The notes beneath the pieces were generated by a model. It was given only the letters and a program-made list of their open reading frames with translations, searched no databases and was not told the DNA's origin. A program made the position numbers and the translations under genes. DNA of 64,000 nucleotides, from NCBI GenBank assembly GCA_007118565.1, contig SKRI01000097.1, positions 10,412-74,411 of the forward strand. The letters are read 5' to 3'. Shown in pieces: positions 62,688 to 64,000 of the stretch (positions are counted from its first letter, which is position 1; every line of letters begins with the position of its first letter). This DNA comes from Gemmatimonadota bacterium (lineage in GTDB: Bacteria; Gemmatimonadota; Gemmatimonadetes; Longimicrobiales; Longimicrobiaceae).

Positions 62688-63398
62688 ATGCGCAACGCGC
62701 TCACGATCGCAGCATTCGGGCTTCTCACCGCGGGGATCATGGCCGGCCCCACGCCGATCGAGGCTCAGAACGGTGATGCCGGGACCTTCCGCATCACCGT
62801 GGAGGGGCGTGACGTCGGGACCGACACCTTCAACATCCGTCGCTCCGGCACGGGGACGGGTGCCGTCACGACCGCCCAGGGACGGGTCCAGCTGCAGCTC
62901 ACCCAGGCGACGGTCGACCGCGTCACGGAGCTCCAGGTGTCGGGCGTGCGCGCTGCGCTCTCCCGGTACGCAGCGGGGCCCCCCGCCGGATCGCCGGGAA
63001 CTCGCATCTTCAGCTCGGTATCCGGCGGCATCTTCACCACCGAGATGCGCACCCCGACTGGAGAGGCGATGCGCCAGTTTCAGGTCTCGGAAGGAGCCGT
63101 GGTCCTCGATGAGTGGGTGGCGCACCACTACTCCTTCCTGGCGCAGCGTCCGCGCAACGGTCAGGTGCCGATCGTCATCCCGAGTCAGAACCGGCAGGTG
63201 ATGGGCACGCTGGAGAGCCGTGGAGAGACCTCCATCCAGATCGGTGGCAGGTCGGTCCCCGCCTACCACCTCGTTCTCCGCATGGATGACGATCCGGCCG
63301 ATGTACGGCACCTCTGGGTAGATTCGCTGAACCGCGTCCTCCGCGTGCGCATTCCGGCGCAGGGGTACGAGGCGGTGCGGACAGTCGCCCCGGAGTAG
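62688..63398 (+). CDS. secreted protein of unknown function
   Basis: Signal peptide MRNALTIAAFGLLTAGIMAGPTPIEAQ followed by a beta-rich 236-aa sequence with no recognised domain. Confidence 0.6.
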   Translation: MRNALTIAAFGLLTAGIMAGPTPIEAQNGDAGTFRITVEGRDVGTDTFNIRRSGTGTGAVTTAQGRVQLQLTQATVDRVTELQVSGVRAALSRYAAGPPAGSPGTRIFSSVSGGIFTTEMRTPTGEAMRQFQVSEGAVVLDEWVAHHYSFLAQRPRNGQVPIVIPSQNRQVMGTLESRGETSIQIGGRSVPAYHLVLRMDDDPADVRHLWVDSLNRVLRVRIPAQGYEAVRTVAPE

Positions 63399-63471
63399 GC
63401 GGGTGGCGTAGCGGGGGGGCGGGGGTGTATCGTGGCACGCCGAGACACCCCTGCTCCTCCGCGAAGCCATA

Positions 63472-64000
63472 ATGGCCGACTCCGAGCCCACGCCACCACC
63501 TCCCTTCGTCGAACGGGTCCGCTGGACCTTCGCCGCCCCGACCCGGCTAGTCCAATCGCTGGGTCCGCAGCCGCCATGGGGAGCCGCGCTCGCGCTGGCC
63601 ACCGCGGTCACGGTCTTCTCGGTCCTCTTCCTTCCCACCGAGCTCCTGGTGGCGCAGGCGGAGGCGGCAGCGCGGCGAGCGGAGATCGACCTCACCACGG
63701 ACCCGGCGCTGATCGCGCGCTGGCAGCGGACCATGGCGGTAATGGGAGCATTCGTGGTGGAGCCGCTCCGCATCGCGGCGCTCGCCGGGATCGCCATGCT
63801 CCTCTTCTCCGTCATCGGACGCGGACCCGCTCGGTTCACCGAGTATCTGGCGCTCACCGCGCACGCGCGGCTCATCACCGCACTCGGCGTCCTGCTCGCG
63901 CTCCCCATCCAGGTCTCGACCGGTGACTTCACCTGGAGCTTCTCCCTTTCCGCCCTGGTGCCGTTCCTCCCACGGGACACGCTGGTCTACCGCGCCTTGG
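63472..64000 (+). CDS. Yip1-domain-like polytopic membrane protein, N-terminal part (runs off window end)
   Basis: Own translation from the ATG at 63472: MADSEPTPPPPFVERVRWTFAAPTRLVQSLGPQPPWGAALALATAVTVFSVLFLP...LRIAALAGIAMLLFSVIG...LITALGVLLALPIQV. The frame stays open to the window edge. The family call is tentative. Confidence 0.5.
   Translation, partial: MADSEPTPPPPFVERVRWTFAAPTRLVQSLGPQPPWGAALALATAVTVFSVLFLPTELLVAQAEAAARRAEIDLTTDPALIARWQRTMAVMGAFVVEPLRIAALAGIAMLLFSVIGRGPARFTEYLALTAHARLITALGVLLALPIQVSTGDFTWSFSLSALVPFLPRDTLVYRAL

Noticed and set aside
63432-63450. TGGCAC hexamer upstream of the Yip1-like gene. Other TGGCAC occurrences (for example 7053, 12353, 23751, 33256) were also considered as -24 elements.
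   Set aside because: None has a TTGC or GC at the required -12 position, and most lie inside coding regions. They are probably chance occurrences.
1-64000. Scan for tRNA, rRNA, tmRNA, CRISPR arrays, IS elements, integrases, phage genes, toxin-antitoxin pairs or defence systems.
   Set aside because: No intergenic gap exceeds ~190 nt. No T-loop-like GGTTCGAAT motifs or repeat-spacer arrays were seen. No ORF shows transposase, integrase or nuclease-defence motifs. The window looks like core chromosome.

Overview
Visibly high-GC (not computed), very gene-dense bacterial chromosomal segment. I support about 64 protein genes, roughly 80% of them on the minus strand. Most ORF-track entries are antisense or out-of-frame shadows of these genes, as is usual in high-GC DNA. 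Several long ORFs are real genes with spurious N-terminal extensions, and I trimmed those using start codons and 4-nt overlaps read from the sequence.

Content is mainly conserved housekeeping:
- hisS (partial), folC-accD, rodA-mreDCB, dut, ald
- pnp-rpsO, ribF-truB-rbfA-infB-ylxQ-nusA-rimP, pgeF, murA
- gatBAC, a uvrD/pcrA-type helicase, serS
- rseP-dxr-cdsA-uppS-frr-pyrH-tsf-rpsB, rpsI-rplM, lepB

Less ordinary content:
- A rearranged four-gene ergothioneine locus (egtB-egtD-egtA plus convergent egtC).
- A plus-strand operon of CheY-like receiver, manC, GlmU-like LbH protein and MBL hydrolase.
- A PII-like/DUF948-like/YtxH-like trio.
- A Zn-phospholipase-C-like gene and a lipase-like lipoprotein gene that overlap at their 3' ends.
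- The 52.3-61.9 kb stretch: a putative larE / stand-alone LarE-C-terminal-domain paralog / membrane protein / sigma54-activator operon, two unlisted small membrane peptides, comM, and a 1360-aa multi-sensor NtrY-like kinase whose start codon abuts a divergent creatininase-family gene.

I saw no rRNA, tRNA, CRISPR array, transposase, integrase or prophage signature. I cannot point to a convincingly new multi-gene system. The best leads are the tandem-terminator leader of the rimP-nusA-infB operon, the LarE-domain paralog and its operon, the giant kinase, and a perfect 9-bp coding VNTR in nusA.

All functional calls rest on motif and family recognition by eye. No database search was run.
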